Source: Escherichia coli
GTDB lineage: Bacteria; Pseudomonadota; Gammaproteobacteria; Enterobacterales; Enterobacteriaceae
Direction: 5' to 3' (one strand)
Length of the DNA stretch: 64,000 nucleotides
Assembly: GCF_036507355.1 (NCBI RefSeq)
Contig: NZ_AP027877.1
Each line of letters starts with the position of its first letter. Position 1 is the first letter of the stretch. Shown here piece by piece: positions 1 through 10,509 of this stretch. A model generated the notes under the pieces. It was not told the origin of the DNA and made no database searches. It worked only from the letters and a program-made list of their open reading frames with translations. The position numbers and the translations under genes were made by a program.

Positions 1-537
1 CCAGATATCGACCTTACATCCGGCTTCGCTCAAAATATCGTAGTAAGCATGAACGCCTGCCAGCGGCTCACGCCCGCGATCCGGGTAGTTTTGTTCCCAG
101 GCAACTTCGCGCATGAGCACATGGGTCGGCTCCAGCCAGTTATCTGGCATCTGTACTGCCAGCACGCCCTGCGGATTAAGTAAAGAAACCAAGTGAGGAA
201 ACAATTCGTAGTGGTCGGGCAGCCATTGCAGTGAGGCATTAGCAAAAATCAGATCGAGTGTCTGTTCCGGTTGCCAATTGCGGATATCTGCTTCCACAAA
301 CTGGCAGTCCGGCAAAGCACTGCGTGCTTCGGCAACCATCGCCGGAGATGAGTCGATGCCCGTTATCCTGGCAGCAGGCCAACGTTGTTGTAGAAGGGCG
401 GTGCTGTTACCTGGGCCACAGCCAAGATCGGCAACATATTCGACATTCTCCAGCGGCACTCTGGCAAGCAGCTCCACCGCCGGACGCGATCGTTCAGCGG
501 CAAAGTGCAGATATAAAGAGGGGTTCCAGTCAGACAT
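1..537 (-). CDS. tam: trans-aconitate 2-methyltransferase; start codon at 535-537, 3' end runs off the window edge
   Basis: Reverse-strand translation from 537 reads [27 protein letters not shown]..., matching Tam; methyltransferase LGCGPGN motif present. Confidence 0.85.
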   Translation of the reverse strand, partial: MSDWNPSLYLHFAAERSRPAVELLARVPLENVEYVADLGCGPGNSTALLQQRWPAARITGIDSSPAMVAEARSALPDCQFVEADIRNWQPEQTLDLIFANASLQWLPDHYELFPHLVSLLNPQGVLAVQMPDNWLEPTHVLMREVAWEQNYPDRGREPLAGVHAYYDILSEAGCKVDIW

Positions 538-593
538 TTTTTTACTCCCGTCAGCGCGTTACCCCAATTGTAGATAAAATTGATAAATTCGCC

Positions 594-884
594 TCACGGC
601 ATCAACCCATTGAACAGACGTTTTTTACGCGGCCCGGTCATTAAAGATTCCAGTTTCGCGACACAGGTTTTGTAGTGGGGCGTGGTTTTATGGAACGCCA
701 CTGCGTCTTCATCTTTATAGGCTTCGTAGATATAAAAGCGCGAATTCACTTCCGGGTCCTGTAAGACATCGAAGCGCAAATTGCCTTCTTCCTGTACAGA
801 GCCCAGGTGGTTCTGGCGAAAAACTTCGATAAACTCGTCAACCTTGTCTTCATGAACGTTAATTTCAACCAGTGTGACGTGCAT
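594..884 (-). CDS. lsrG: autoinducer-2 degradation protein LsrG (96 aa)
   Basis: 96-aa [21 protein letters not shown]..., length and sequence match LsrG; sits directly downstream of lsrF. Confidence 0.9.
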   Translation of the reverse strand: MHVTLVEINVHEDKVDEFIEVFRQNHLGSVQEEGNLRFDVLQDPEVNSRFYIYEAYKDEDAVAFHKTTPHYKTCVAKLESLMTGPRKKRLFNGLMP

Positions 885-907
885 AATTCTTCTCCTTAAA
901 TCCGCAG

Positions 908-1783
908 TTACTGTTTTTCACTCAGATAGAGTTCATATGCCCGATCAGCCGTTTCGTTATGGTGAACCACCGCCTGTACGGCTTTCATCATCGCCACCGG
1001 ATGGTCAGACTGGAAAATATTACGCCCCATATCCACACCAGAAGCGCCCTGATCGATAGCCTGCCAGCACATTTCCAGCGCCTCGCGCTCCGGTAATTTC
1101 TTACCGCCAGCAATAACAATGGGTACCGGACATCCGGCAACAATCCGTTCAAAACCTTTTTCGACATAATAGGTTTTGATAATTTGCGCCCCCATTTCAG
1201 CGGCGATTCGAGTCGCGAGCGAGAAATAACGCTGATCGCGCACCATATCTTTGCCCACGCCAGTCACGGCCATGGTCGGCATTCCCACTTTCATTCCGGC
1301 ATCGACCAGCTGAATAATATTTTTGATCGACTGATGTTCATATTCGCTGCCGATATAAACCTGCGCCGCCACCGCGCAACTGTTCAGGCGCACGGCGTCA
1401 TCCATCGATAACGCCACGGCTTCATTACTTAATTCCGCCAGAATAGAGTTCGCACCTGACGCCCGCAGTACCACCGGCTTATTGGTCGCCGGGGGAACTA
1501 CGCTGCGCAAAATGCCGCGCGTACACATTAATACATCGGCATGTTCAAACAGCGGGGCGATATTTATATCAATGCGTTCAAGTCCGGTAGTCGGCCCCTG
1601 AAAATAACCATGGTCAAAGGCCAGCATCACGGTTTTACCCGTTTTCGGATTAAATATCCGCGATAAGCGTGACTGCATTCCCCAATCCAGTGCACCGCAA
1701 CCTTTCAGGGTAAAAGGGATATTTTGTTGCGATTGATCGGTACGAAAATCTTTACCATCTTTAATATCGTCTAAATCTGCCAT
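908..1783 (-). CDS. lsrF: LsrF, class I aldolase-family thiolase for phospho-AI-2 (291 aa)
   Basis: 291-aa [31 protein letters not shown]...; length and operon position match LsrF. Confidence 0.9.
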   Translation of the reverse strand: MADLDDIKDGKDFRTDQSQQNIPFTLKGCGALDWGMQSRLSRIFNPKTGKTVMLAFDHGYFQGPTTGLERIDINIAPLFEHADVLMCTRGILRSVVPPATNKPVVLRASGANSILAELSNEAVALSMDDAVRLNSCAVAAQVYIGSEYEHQSIKNIIQLVDAGMKVGMPTMAVTGVGKDMVRDQRYFSLATRIAAEMGAQIIKTYYVEKGFERIVAGCPVPIVIAGGKKLPEREALEMCWQAIDQGASGVDMGRNIFQSDHPVAMMKAVQAVVHHNETADRAYELYLSEKQ

Positions 1784-1809
1784 AACTTACTCCGGTTAAG
1801 TAATGCACA

Positions 1810-2832
1810 TCAGAAATCGTATTTGCCGATATTCTCTTTGTTGAATATCACGCGCTCCGGTAACAGTACGATGCCATTACCATCCGCTTCGTAGTCATAG
1901 CCCTGAACGCTGTTTGGCGAGACTTCCACCTGACCTACGCCCTGAATATCCAGCATGTCGCCCGTTTTCATTGATCCTTTTTTCAATAATGCATCCGCGA
2001 CATAAACTGATATTTTGCCTTGCTGAACCACATCCCACAGGCCAAATTCTTTCACCGTGCCGCGTTCCACATATGGACGCATCACGTTTGGCGTACTGAA
2101 TCCGACAATCGCAACTTTGTCATTTTTCAGGTTTTCTGCGGCTTGTGCGGCAGCGGGCAGGGCATTGGCATCGGGGGCGATAATGGCGTCGAGATCGCTA
2201 TACGCTTTTAATATTCCTTCTGCGGTTTGTAATGATTTAGTGGCATCGTTATAGCCAAACTGCGTAGTGACAATTTCCCAGCCAGGATGCTCTTTGGCGA
2301 TTTTCGCTTTCGCTTCTTTCACCCACTGGTTTTGGTCCGTAACGGTGGGGCTTGAGTAGAAAAACGCGACTTTGGCTTTGTCTTTATTCACCTGACGCGC
2401 CGCCATATCCACCAACATACCTCCCAACTGGGCGGGCGTTCCCTGATTAATGTAGTAAGAGCGGCACTCCGGTTTAGTATCAGAGTCCCAGGTCAGCACT
2501 CTCACACCACGTTGCATGGCGCGTTTCAGTGCCGGACACAAGCCATCAGGCGAAACCGCAGAAACGATAATGGCGTTATAACCTTGATTGACGAAGTTAT
2601 TAATCAACTGTACCTGACCAGAAACACTGGGTTCTGTCGGCCCGTCGTAGGTCACATCAACGCCCAGCTCTTTACCCGCTTGTTGTGCGCCGTTGCCACC
2701 GCTGGTAAAAAATCCCACGCCAACCAGTTTGGGAATAAATGCAATACGCTCTGCGGCCTGCACATTCATAGAGATTGCGGCAATGCCAAGAGCGCTAAGT
2801 AAGGCGATTTTCTTAAAGCGATGAAGTGTCAT
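1810..2832 (-). CDS. lsrB: periplasmic AI-2 binding protein LsrB (340 aa)
   Basis: 340-aa ORF with signal peptide ([26 protein letters not shown]), periplasmic sugar-binding fold; lsr operon context. Confidence 0.9.
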   Translation of the reverse strand: MTLHRFKKIALLSALGIAAISMNVQAAERIAFIPKLVGVGFFTSGGNGAQQAGKELGVDVTYDGPTEPSVSGQVQLINNFVNQGYNAIIVSAVSPDGLCPALKRAMQRGVRVLTWDSDTKPECRSYYINQGTPAQLGGMLVDMAARQVNKDKAKVAFFYSSPTVTDQNQWVKEAKAKIAKEHPGWEIVTTQFGYNDATKSLQTAEGILKAYSDLDAIIAPDANALPAAAQAAENLKNDKVAIVGFSTPNVMRPYVERGTVKEFGLWDVVQQGKISVYVADALLKKGSMKTGDMLDIQGVGQVEVSPNSVQGYDYEADGNGIVLLPERVIFNKENIGKYDF

Positions 2833-2843
2833 GAAGATATCCT

Positions 2844-3601
2844 TTATGGCAATGGGTTATTGGCCCGACGCGCCAGCCACTCTTTAATTTGCTGGCGATG
2901 CAGGCTAACGGAACGACCTACGACAACGACGATAAGTAGCGCACCGGAAAGGGCGCTGGACACCTGATTTGGCACTCCTGCCATTTGCAAACCTTGTTGC
3001 AAATATCCCACTAATAAAACCGCAATGGCGGTGCCGATAATGGAACCGGAACCACCATAAATATTGGCACCGCCAAGCACCACGGCGGTGATGGCGGGCA
3101 TCAGAAACGACGCACCGAGATCGGAACGTGCTGAACCAAAATACGACACCAGCAGCACAGCGGCGACCGCAGACGCCAGCCCCGTCATGGCATAGAGCGC
3201 ACATAAGGTACGGTTAACTGGAATCGCGCTATAAAGCGCCACGCGCGGGCTTTGCCCAATCAAAAACACGTTACGTCCGGCATGGGTTTTATGCAGCCAG
3301 AGCCAGAAAACGAGGAGACATATCAGGAAGATAATCAGCGGAACGGGGAGCCCCAACACATCCAGGTTAGCGAAATCTGTAAACGCCATCGGGAATCCAC
3401 CAATACCTTCGTACCCCGTCGCTCCGACCATCCCGGAAAGCAGCAGGGCGCTTCCGGCAAACAGATACAGCGTGCCAAGCGTAATCACCAGCGGGTTAAC
3501 TTTGGTATAGATAATTAATCCGGCGTTGATCAGCCCGCACAATGCGCCGAGCAGTAAGGTCAGGAGAATCGCCAGCGGCATCGGCACACCACTTTGAAAC
3601 A
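2844..3601 (-). pseudogene. lsrD: lsrD 3' fragment (C-terminal ~250 codons of the AI-2 ABC permease), cut off from its 5' end by the transposon
   Basis: ORF 2844..3587 is a polytopic permease C-terminus. Together with 9242..9481 it sums to 993 nt (330 codons plus stop) once the 5-bp duplication is counted once. Confidence 0.85.
3597..3601. repeat. 5-bp target-site duplication AAACA (left copy)
   Basis: Identical AAACA immediately outside both terminal inverted repeats (3597-3601 and 9242-9246). Confidence 0.8.
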
Positions 3602-3639
3602 GGGGGAACCGCAGAATTCGGAAAAAATCGTACGCTAAG
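3602..3639. repeat. left 38-bp terminal inverted repeat of the transposon
   Basis: GGGGGAACCGCAGAATTCGGAAAAAATCGTACGCTAAG; 35/38 match to the reverse complement of 9204-9241. Confidence 0.85.
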
Positions 3640-3790
3640 CTAACGGTGTTCTCGTGACAGCTCTTTGACTAGGCTTTCTAAGGCCATTCTGATAGCCCTG
3701 ACTTCCTGAAAAGCCATGGCTAAAATTTGTGCGGCTAAAAGGGATAACCGATGGTAAAGTAAGTTATCCCTGTCGAGATACTGAAAAGCG

Positions 3791-5368
3791 TTATCCTCGT
3801 TTTTCCCAAAACTGTTTTGCCAGTTCGCTCAGAGCGCTAGTTAACTGAGCGACAGATTTCGCACTTTGCAAATTATTCTGCCCGGTCTGTACATTGGTAT
3901 CAGCAGCATCGCGTATATTGATAATACTGCGGTTTATGTCTTCACTTACTGCTCCCTGCTGCTCGACCGCAGTCGCTATTTGCGCGTTCATGTCGGTAAT
4001 TTCGTTAACGCGTTGGCCAATTCCATCAAGAGCTGTAGCTGCTTCCTCTGCGTGAGCTACACTCGTGTGCGCTTGCCGACTACTTTGCTCCATGACTGTA
4101 ACAGCGGATTGCGCTCGCTCTTGTAGAGCGCTGATCATGCTTTGAATATCCGTTGTCGATTGCTGTGTGCGAGCAGCAAGACTGCGAACCTCATCGGCGA
4201 CAACAGCAAAACCACGCCCCTGCTCACCAGCACGCGCGGCCTCAATTGCTGCGTTGAGTGCCAACAAATTCGTTTGCTCGGCGATCCCTCGTATAACGTC
4301 AAGAACTTTTGATATCTCGTTACTTTGACCTTCAAGCTCATGAATAACCTGAGTGGCTTGCCTAATTTCACCTTCAAGGGCAGTGATTGACTGGCTTGTG
4401 TGGGCTACCAGACGCTGGCCAGATGCCGTCTCAGTGTCTGCTCTTCCGGCCGCATCTGCAGCATGCTGTGCATTGCTCGCAACCTCTTGAATGCTTGCCA
4501 CCATTTGGTTTACTGCCGTTGCTATTTGATCTGTCTCTGCCTGCTGCTCAACTGTAAGTACATTGCTTGACTCAATATCCTTTAGTAGGCCTCGGGTGTG
4601 TTCGCTAAGCCGATTTGATGCATCACCTATGCGACCTACTATGGCGCCTGTTTCAGCTTGCATCATTCGTAAAGCAAACTCTATTTGGCCAAACTCATCG
4701 GTGCGCCCAGTGTAGAGGGATTGACTTAATGGGTTATTGGAAATATTCTTGGCTCTTTCAACCAGTCTTCCAAGAGGAGAGAGAATAGCCAAAACACTAA
4801 CAGAGCTTAAGCTTCCTGACATTAAAGTGGCTAACAATAAGCTGCTTATTGATGTATCAGTAAGCATGCCGGCAGCCATTGCGCTTGATATAATACTACC
4901 CCATATGAGCAAGAGTATTTTCACGGAAAAGCTAGCAGCCAATTTCGGCCTCGCGGCCTTCCCGCTTCTCAATTGAGCATATAATTTTTCCGCAGCCAAA
5001 ACCTGCTCAGGTTCAGGCTTGGTCCTTACAGACTGGTATTCAACAATCGAACCATTCTTAGCTATTGGCGTTACATAAGCACTTACCCAATAGTGGTCGC
5101 CATTTTTACAGCGATTTTTTACTAGCCCCATCCATGAGCGGCCAGATTTTAATGTACTCCACATATGCTCAAATGCAGCAGGCGGCATATCTGGGTGTCT
5201 TACGATGTTGTGAGGCTGGCCTAATAGTTCTTCCTCAGTGAAACCACTGATTTTAATGAAGTCAGGATTAACGTACGTGATATGGCTTTGAGGGGAGGTA
5301 GTCGAAAGAATATTGGCATCTTTTGGGAGTTCTAAGTTTCGACCCGTCACTGGTAAATTCTGGCGCAT
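3791..5368 (-). CDS. methyl-accepting chemotaxis protein with N-terminal PAS domain (525 aa), transposon cargo
   Basis: PAS-like N-terminus ([10 protein letters not shown]...[12 protein letters not shown]), hydrophobic segment, conserved MCP signalling core ([38 protein letters not shown]). Confidence 0.8.
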   Translation of the reverse strand: MRQNLPVTGRNLELPKDANILSTTSPQSHITYVNPDFIKISGFTEEELLGQPHNIVRHPDMPPAAFEHMWSTLKSGRSWMGLVKNRCKNGDHYWVSAYVTPIAKNGSIVEYQSVRTKPEPEQVLAAEKLYAQLRSGKAARPKLAASFSVKILLLIWGSIISSAMAAGMLTDTSISSLLLATLMSGSLSSVSVLAILSPLGRLVERAKNISNNPLSQSLYTGRTDEFGQIEFALRMMQAETGAIVGRIGDASNRLSEHTRGLLKDIESSNVLTVEQQAETDQIATAVNQMVASIQEVASNAQHAADAAGRADTETASGQRLVAHTSQSITALEGEIRQATQVIHELEGQSNEISKVLDVIRGIAEQTNLLALNAAIEAARAGEQGRGFAVVADEVRSLAARTQQSTTDIQSMISALQERAQSAVTVMEQSSRQAHTSVAHAEEAATALDGIGQRVNEITDMNAQIATAVEQQGAVSEDINRSIINIRDAADTNVQTGQNNLQSAKSVAQLTSALSELAKQFWEKRG

Positions 5369-5677
5369 AAGAACCTCAAGGGTTGGCTGTTTTATTTTAT
5401 TGTTTTCGGCATTAAGCCCAATTTCTTGAGCGTTACGATAAAGCTAGCATGGAAACGATAGGTGCAAGCAAGTTAAGGGTTGCATCGCGCATGTCAATCT
5501 AGGCTATACCCTAACTTGATGTCAGGCAGGGCCGCGCCGCTTCGTCAGAATAGAGTCTGCTTTCCCATTTTTTGACACATGCCCGCGAAGGTTATAGATT
5601 TCAGCCTGACAGAAATGGGCTTTGAGGCACAACGGAACAGAAAGTGCACTTAAGCCGCCTTCAACCAAGGAGACATC
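5369..5677. promoter_or_regulatory. putative res (resolution) site and divergent promoter region between chemoreceptor gene and tnpR
   Basis: Intergenic position typical of res in Tn21/Tn1721-type elements; inverted repeats TGTCAGGC / GCCTGACA near 5520 and 5605. Subsites not mapped. Confidence 0.4.
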
Positions 5678-6238
5678 GTGCAGGGGCACCGCATCGGCTA
5701 CGTCCGGGTCAGCAGCTTTGACCAGAACCCGGAACGCCAGCTGGAACAAACCCAGGTGAGCAAGGTGTTCACCGACAAGGCATCGGGCAAGGACACCCAG
5801 CGCCCCCAGCTCGAAGCGCTGCTGAGCTTCGTCCGCGAAGGCGATACAGTGGTGGTGCACAGCATGGATCGGCTGGCCCGCAACCTCGATGACCTGCGTC
5901 GCTTGGTACAGAAGCTGACTCAGCGCGGCGTGCGCATCGAGTTCCTGAAGGAGGGCCTGGTGTTCACTGGCGAGGACTCGCCGATGGCCAACCTGATGCT
6001 GTCGGTGATGGGGGCCTTCGCTGAGTTCGAGCGCGCCCTGATCCGCGAGCGGCAGCGTGAGGGCATCGCCTTGGCCAAGCAGCGTGGCGCGTACCGGGGC
6101 CGCAAGAAAGCCCTGTCCGATGAGCAGGCTGCTACCCTGCGGCAGCGAGCGACGGCCGGCGAGCCCAAGGCGCAGCTTGCCCGCGAGTTCAACATCAGCC
6201 GGGAAACCCTCTACCAGTACCTCCGCACGGACGACTGA
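5678..6238 (+). CDS. tnpR: serine recombinase, Tn3-family resolvase TnpR (186 aa)
   Basis: Resolvase N-terminal catalytic motif (GYVRVSSFDQNPERQ), C-terminal HTH; close to Tn21/Tn1721 TnpR. Confidence 0.9.
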   Translation: MQGHRIGYVRVSSFDQNPERQLEQTQVSKVFTDKASGKDTQRPQLEALLSFVREGDTVVVHSMDRLARNLDDLRRLVQKLTQRGVRIEFLKEGLVFTGEDSPMANLMLSVMGAFAEFERALIRERQREGIALAKQRGAYRGRKKALSDEQAATLRQRATAGEPKAQLAREFNISRETLYQYLRTDD

Positions 6239-6241
6239 CAC

Positions 6242-9208
6242 ATGCCGCGTCGCTTGATCCTCTCGGCCACGGAGCGGGACACCCTGCTTGCGCTGCCGGA
6301 AAGCCAGGATGACCTGATCCGCTACTACACCTTCAACGACTCCGACCTGTCGCTGATCCGCCAGCGACGCGGCGACGCCAACCGCCTCGGCTTCGCCGTG
6401 CAGCTCTGCCTGCTGCGCTACCCCGGTTACGCGCTGGGAACCGACAGCGAGCTGCCCGAGCCGGTCATCCTGTGGGTGGCGAAGCAAGTCCAGGCCGAGC
6501 CGGCGAGCTGGGCAAAGTACGGCGAGCGCGACGTGACCCGTCGCGAGCATGCCCAGGAACTGCGCACCTACCTGCAACTGGCCCCGTTCGGCCTGTCCGA
6601 CTTCCGCGCCCTGGTGCGCGAGCTAACCGAGCTGGCCCAGCAGACCGACAAAGGCTTGCTGCTGGCCGGTCAGGCCCTGGAGAGCCTACGGCAGAAACGA
6701 CGCATCCTGCCGGCGCTGAGCGTGATTGACCGGGCCTGCTCGGAAGCCATTGCGCGAGCCAATCGGCGGGTCTACCGCGCCCTGGTCGAACCACTCACGG
6801 ACTCGCATCGGGCCAAGCTGGACGAGCTGTTGAAGCTCAAGGCCGGCAGCAGCATCACCTGGTTGACCTGGCTGCGCCAGGCACCGCTGAAACCCAACTC
6901 TCGGCACATGCTGGAACACATCGAGCGGCTGAAGACATTTCAGTTGGTGGACTTGCCCGAAGGCCTGGGCCGGCACATCCACCAGAACCGCCTGCTCAAG
7001 CTGGCCCGCGAGGGTGGGCAGATGACGCCCAAAGACCTCGGTAAGTTCGAGCCGCAGCGCCGCTACGCGACCCTGGCCGCCGTGGTGCTGGAGAGCACCG
7101 CGACCGTGATCGATGAGCTGGTCGATCTGCATGACCGCATCCTGGTCAAGCTGTTCAGCGGCGCGAAGCACAAGCATCAGCAGCAGTTCCAGAAGCAGGG
7201 CAAGGCGATCAACGACAAGGTGCGCCTGTACTCCAGGATCGGCCAGGCGCTGCTGGAAGCGAAGGAAAGCGGCAGCGACCCCTATGCCGCCATCGAGGCG
7301 GTGATTCCCTGGGACGAGTTCACCGAGAGCGTCAGCGAGGCCGAGCTGCTGGCCCGGCCGGAAGGCTTCGACCACCTGCACCTGGTCGGCGAGAACTTCG
7401 CCACCCTGCGCCGTTACACGCCGGCCTTGCTGGAGGTGCTGGAACTGCGCGCCGCGCCGGCCGCGCAAGGCGTGCTGGCAGCCGTGCAGACCCTGCGTGA
7501 GATGAACGCCGACAACCTGCGCAAGGTGCCGGCCGATGCACCCACGGCCTTCATCAAGCCGCGCTGGAAGCCGCTGGTGATCACCCCGGAAGGCCTCGAC
7601 CGGAAATTCTACGAAATCTGCGCCCTGTCCGAGCTGAAGAACGCCCTGCGCTCCGGCGACATCTGGGTCAAGGGCTCGCGGCAGTTCCGCGACTTCGACG
7701 ACTACCTGCTGCCGGCCGAGAAGTTCGCCGCACTCAAGCGCGAGCAGGCCCTGCCCCTGGCGATCAACCCGAACAGCGACCAGTACCTGGAAGAGCGTTT
7801 GCAGCTGCTGGACGAGCAGTTGGCCACCGTCACCCGCCTGGCCAAGGACAACGAGCTGCCCGATGCCATCCTCACCGAGTCAGGGCTGAAAATCACCCCG
7901 CTGGATGCGGCGGTGCCGGATCGGGCGCAGGCGCTGATCGACCAAACCAGCCAGTTACTGCCGCGCATCAAGATCACCGAACTGCTGATGGACGTGGACG
8001 ACTGGACGGGCTTCAGCCGCCACTTCACCCACTTGAAGGACGGGGCCGAGGCCAAAGACAGGACGTTGCTGCTGTCCGCAATCCTCGGTGATGCGATCAA
8101 CCTCGGGCTGACCAAGATGGCCGAGTCGAGCCCCGGCCTGACCTACGCCAAGCTGTCCTGGCTGCAAGCCTGGCACATCCGCGACGAAACCTATTCGGCG
8201 GCCTTGGCCGAGCTGGTCAACCACCAGTATCGCCACGCCTTTGCCGCCCACTGGGGCGACGGCACGACCTCATCCTCCGATGGCCAGCGCTTCCGCGCGG
8301 GTGGCCGGGGCGAGAGCACCGGGCACGTCAACCCGAAGTACGGTAGCGAGCCGGGACGGCTGTTCTATACCCATATCTCCGACCAGTACGCGCCGTTCAG
8401 CACCCGCGTGGTGAATGTCGGCGTCCGCGATTCCACCTATGTGCTCGACGGCCTGCTGTACCACGAGTCCGACCTGCGGATCGAGGAGCACTACACCGAC
8501 ACGGCCGGCTTCACCGATCACGTCTTTGCCCTGATGCACCTGCTAGGCTTCCGCTTCGCGCCGCGCATCCGCGACCTCGGCGAAACCAAGCTGTACGTGC
8601 CGCAGGGCGTGCAAGCCTACCCGACGTTGCGCCCGCTGATCGGCGGCACCCTGAACATCAAGCACGTGCGTGCCCACTGGGACGACATCCTGCGCCTGGC
8701 CAGCTCGATCAAGCAGGGCACCGTCACCGCCTCGCTGATGCTGCGCAAGCTCGGCAGCTACCCGCGCCAGAACGGACTGGCCGTGGCCCTGCGCGAGCTG
8801 GGCCGGATCGAGCGCACGCTGTTCATCCTGGACTGGCTGCAAAGTGTTGAACTGCGCCGCCGCGTGCATGCCGGCCTGAACAAAGGTGAGGCGCGCAACT
8901 CGCTGGCCAGGGCGGTGTTCTTCAACCGCCTTGGGGAAATCAGGGATCGGAGCTTCGAGCAGCAGCGCTACCGGGCCAGCGGCCTCAACCTGGTGACGGC
9001 GGCTATCGTGCTGTGGAACACGGTGTACCTGGAACGCGCCACCCAGGGGTTGGTCGAGGCCGGCAAGCCGGTGGACGGCGAGCTGCTGCAATTCCTGTCG
9101 CCGCTGGGCTGGGAGCACATCAACCTAACCGGCGATTACGTCTGGCGGCAGAGCCGCAGACTGGAAGACGGGAAGTTTCGGCCCTTACGGATGCCCGGAA
9201 AACCTTAG
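6242..9208 (+). CDS. tnpA: Tn3-family transposase TnpA (988 aa)
   Basis: 988-aa ORF, typical Tn3/Tn21 transposase length; 3' end runs into the right inverted repeat, as is usual in this family. Confidence 0.9.
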   Translation: MPRRLILSATERDTLLALPESQDDLIRYYTFNDSDLSLIRQRRGDANRLGFAVQLCLLRYPGYALGTDSELPEPVILWVAKQVQAEPASWAKYGERDVTRREHAQELRTYLQLAPFGLSDFRALVRELTELAQQTDKGLLLAGQALESLRQKRRILPALSVIDRACSEAIARANRRVYRALVEPLTDSHRAKLDELLKLKAGSSITWLTWLRQAPLKPNSRHMLEHIERLKTFQLVDLPEGLGRHIHQNRLLKLAREGGQMTPKDLGKFEPQRRYATLAAVVLESTATVIDELVDLHDRILVKLFSGAKHKHQQQFQKQGKAINDKVRLYSRIGQALLEAKESGSDPYAAIEAVIPWDEFTESVSEAELLARPEGFDHLHLVGENFATLRRYTPALLEVLELRAAPAAQGVLAAVQTLREMNADNLRKVPADAPTAFIKPRWKPLVITPEGLDRKFYEICALSELKNALRSGDIWVKGSRQFRDFDDYLLPAEKFAALKREQALPLAINPNSDQYLEERLQLLDEQLATVTRLAKDNELPDAILTESGLKITPLDAAVPDRAQALIDQTSQLLPRIKITELLMDVDDWTGFSRHFTHLKDGAEAKDRTLLLSAILGDAINLGLTKMAESSPGLTYAKLSWLQAWHIRDETYSAALAELVNHQYRHAFAAHWGDGTTSSSDGQRFRAGGRGESTGHVNPKYGSEPGRLFYTHISDQYAPFSTRVVNVGVRDSTYVLDGLLYHESDLRIEEHYTDTAGFTDHVFALMHLLGFRFAPRIRDLGETKLYVPQGVQAYPTLRPLIGGTLNIKHVRAHWDDILRLASSIKQGTVTASLMLRKLGSYPRQNGLAVALRELGRIERTLFILDWLQSVELRRRVHAGLNKGEARNSLARAVFFNRLGEIRDRSFEQQRYRASGLNLVTAAIVLWNTVYLERATQGLVEAGKPVDGELLQFLSPLGWEHINLTGDYVWRQSRRLEDGKFRPLRMPGKP

Positions 9209-9241
9209 CGTACGATTTTTTCCGAATTCTGCGGGCTCCCC
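9204..9241. repeat. right 38-bp terminal inverted repeat of the transposon
   Basis: CTTAGCGTACGATTTTTTCCGAATTCTGCGGGCTCCCC; reverse complement matches the Tn1721-type IR. Confidence 0.85.
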
Positions 9242-9246
9242 AAACA
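9242..9246. repeat. 5-bp target-site duplication AAACA (right copy)
   Basis: Same pentamer as 3597-3601, directly abutting the right IR. Confidence 0.8.
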
Positions 9247-9481
9247 GTACGCCCAATGCAATGGCGCAGAGGCCGATGGTCGAACCAAACGAAATATCGA
9301 TCCCGCCACTGACAATCACCATCGTCAGCGGTAGGGCGACAATGCCAATGCAGATAAAGTCACTGGTGCTGAACAGCAACATATTGAGATCTAACATCCG
9401 CGGGTTAATTGCACCAAATGCGACAATCTCAATAACGAGCAGTGCGGCAAGAGCCAGTTCCCAACCGTAGCGAATACGCAT
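9242..9481 (-). pseudogene. lsrD: lsrD 5' fragment (N-terminal ~80 codons)
   Basis: Reverse-strand ORF begins [30 protein letters not shown]..., then reads into the transposon IR. Confidence 0.85.
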
Positions 9482-10509
9482 TATGCGGCCTCCCGTTTTT
9501 TACCTGACGAAGCGGGTTTAACGGATGGCGGTGGCGTCATAAAGCGGGCATATTTTTGCCGCCGTAGATTACGTTCCAGCGCACAACGCAGGCGTCCATC
9601 AAACACCAGCACCACCAGTAGCACGAGGCCCGCGATAAAATCGTTCCACCATGCCGGAATGCGCAACAGCACCAGTACGCTATCGATCTGCGTCAGGAAC
9701 CATGCGCCGAGTACCGCACCGATGATCGCACCGGAACCGCTGAGCAAACTAATGCCGCCCAGCACGCAGGCTGCAATTGCTTTCATCTCCAGCCCGGTAC
9801 CGGTCTGGTTGGGGATAAAACCAATCTGCGAAGCAAACACAATTCCCGCCAGTGCCGCCATGCAGCCGTTCAACGAAAATGCCACAATGCGAATGGCTTC
9901 CGTACGAACGCCCAGTTGACGAGCGCCCTGTAAATTATCGCCCGTGGCATAAAAACTGCGTCCAAACGCCGTCTTCGCCAGCAGCCAGGCCATAAATGCC
10001 ACCAGAATTATTGTTAACCAACCAATTGCTGAAACGCCAAGCAGCAGCGGGGCGGAGAGCTGTTTCAGTTCGGCGGGTAACCCCTCAATCCATTTACCGC
10101 CAGTCCACAGCAACATGATGCCTCTGTACAACCCTAACGTGCCAAGGGTGGCAACAATGGCAGGGATTTTTAGCCACGCGACCAGGACACCGTTGAAAAA
10201 TCCTGCGAGCAAACCAAGCAGTAAAGTCGCGACACAAGCAACAGGTAGTGAATACCCCGCGTTCAGTAACATCCCCAACAGCACCGCGCACATTCCGGTA
10301 ATCGAACCCACTGAAACATCAATATTGCGCGTAAGCATTACCAGCGTCGCGCCCATTGCCAGCAGGATCAGGATTTGCGCGCTGCTATAAACCATGGTCA
10401 GCGTTTGCACACTTAAATACTGGCGGTCGAGAAAACCGGGTAATACAAACAGCAGCACCACCGCCAGCAGTGCCGTGATTTCACGGTTGTTCTGAATAAA
10501 CTTCAGCAT
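9481..10509 (-). CDS. lsrC: AI-2 ABC transporter permease LsrC (342 aa)
   Basis: 342-aa polytopic membrane ORF between lsrA and lsrD; length matches LsrC. Confidence 0.9.
   Translation of the reverse strand: MLKFIQNNREITALLAVVLLFVLPGFLDRQYLSVQTLTMVYSSAQILILLAMGATLVMLTRNIDVSVGSITGMCAVLLGMLLNAGYSLPVACVATLLLGLLAGFFNGVLVAWLKIPAIVATLGTLGLYRGIMLLWTGGKWIEGLPAELKQLSAPLLLGVSAIGWLTIILVAFMAWLLAKTAFGRSFYATGDNLQGARQLGVRTEAIRIVAFSLNGCMAALAGIVFASQIGFIPNQTGTGLEMKAIAACVLGGISLLSGSGAIIGAVLGAWFLTQIDSVLVLLRIPAWWNDFIAGLVLLVVLVFDGRLRCALERNLRRQKYARFMTPPPSVKPASSGKKREAA

Larger units (their letters stand above)
3602..9241. mobile_element. Tn3-family transposon, Tn1721/Tn1722-like (5,640 bp): IR - chemoreceptor gene - res - tnpR - tnpA - IR
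   Basis: 38-bp terminal inverted repeats with an internal EcoRI site (GGGG..CGCAGAATTCGGAAAAAATCGTACGCTAAG), resolvase and 988-aa Tn3-type transposase, 5-bp flanking duplication, GC-rich relative to flanks. Confidence 0.85.

Noticed and set aside
258-644. 128-aa plus-strand ORF at the window start
   Set aside because: Antisense to tam, whose minus-strand translation matches the known protein.
5522-6577. 351-aa ORF on the minus strand overlapping tnpR and the start of tnpA
   Set aside because: Antisense to two well-supported transposon genes in very GC-rich DNA, where stop codons are rare; low-complexity Ala/Arg/Leu/Gly-rich translation with no recognisable domain.
6686-7468. 260-aa minus-strand ORF inside tnpA
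   Set aside because: Same GC-rich antisense artefact; tnpA on the plus strand accounts for the region.
8543-9118. 191-aa minus-strand ORF inside the 3' part of tnpA
   Set aside because: Antisense artefact in high-GC transposase coding sequence.
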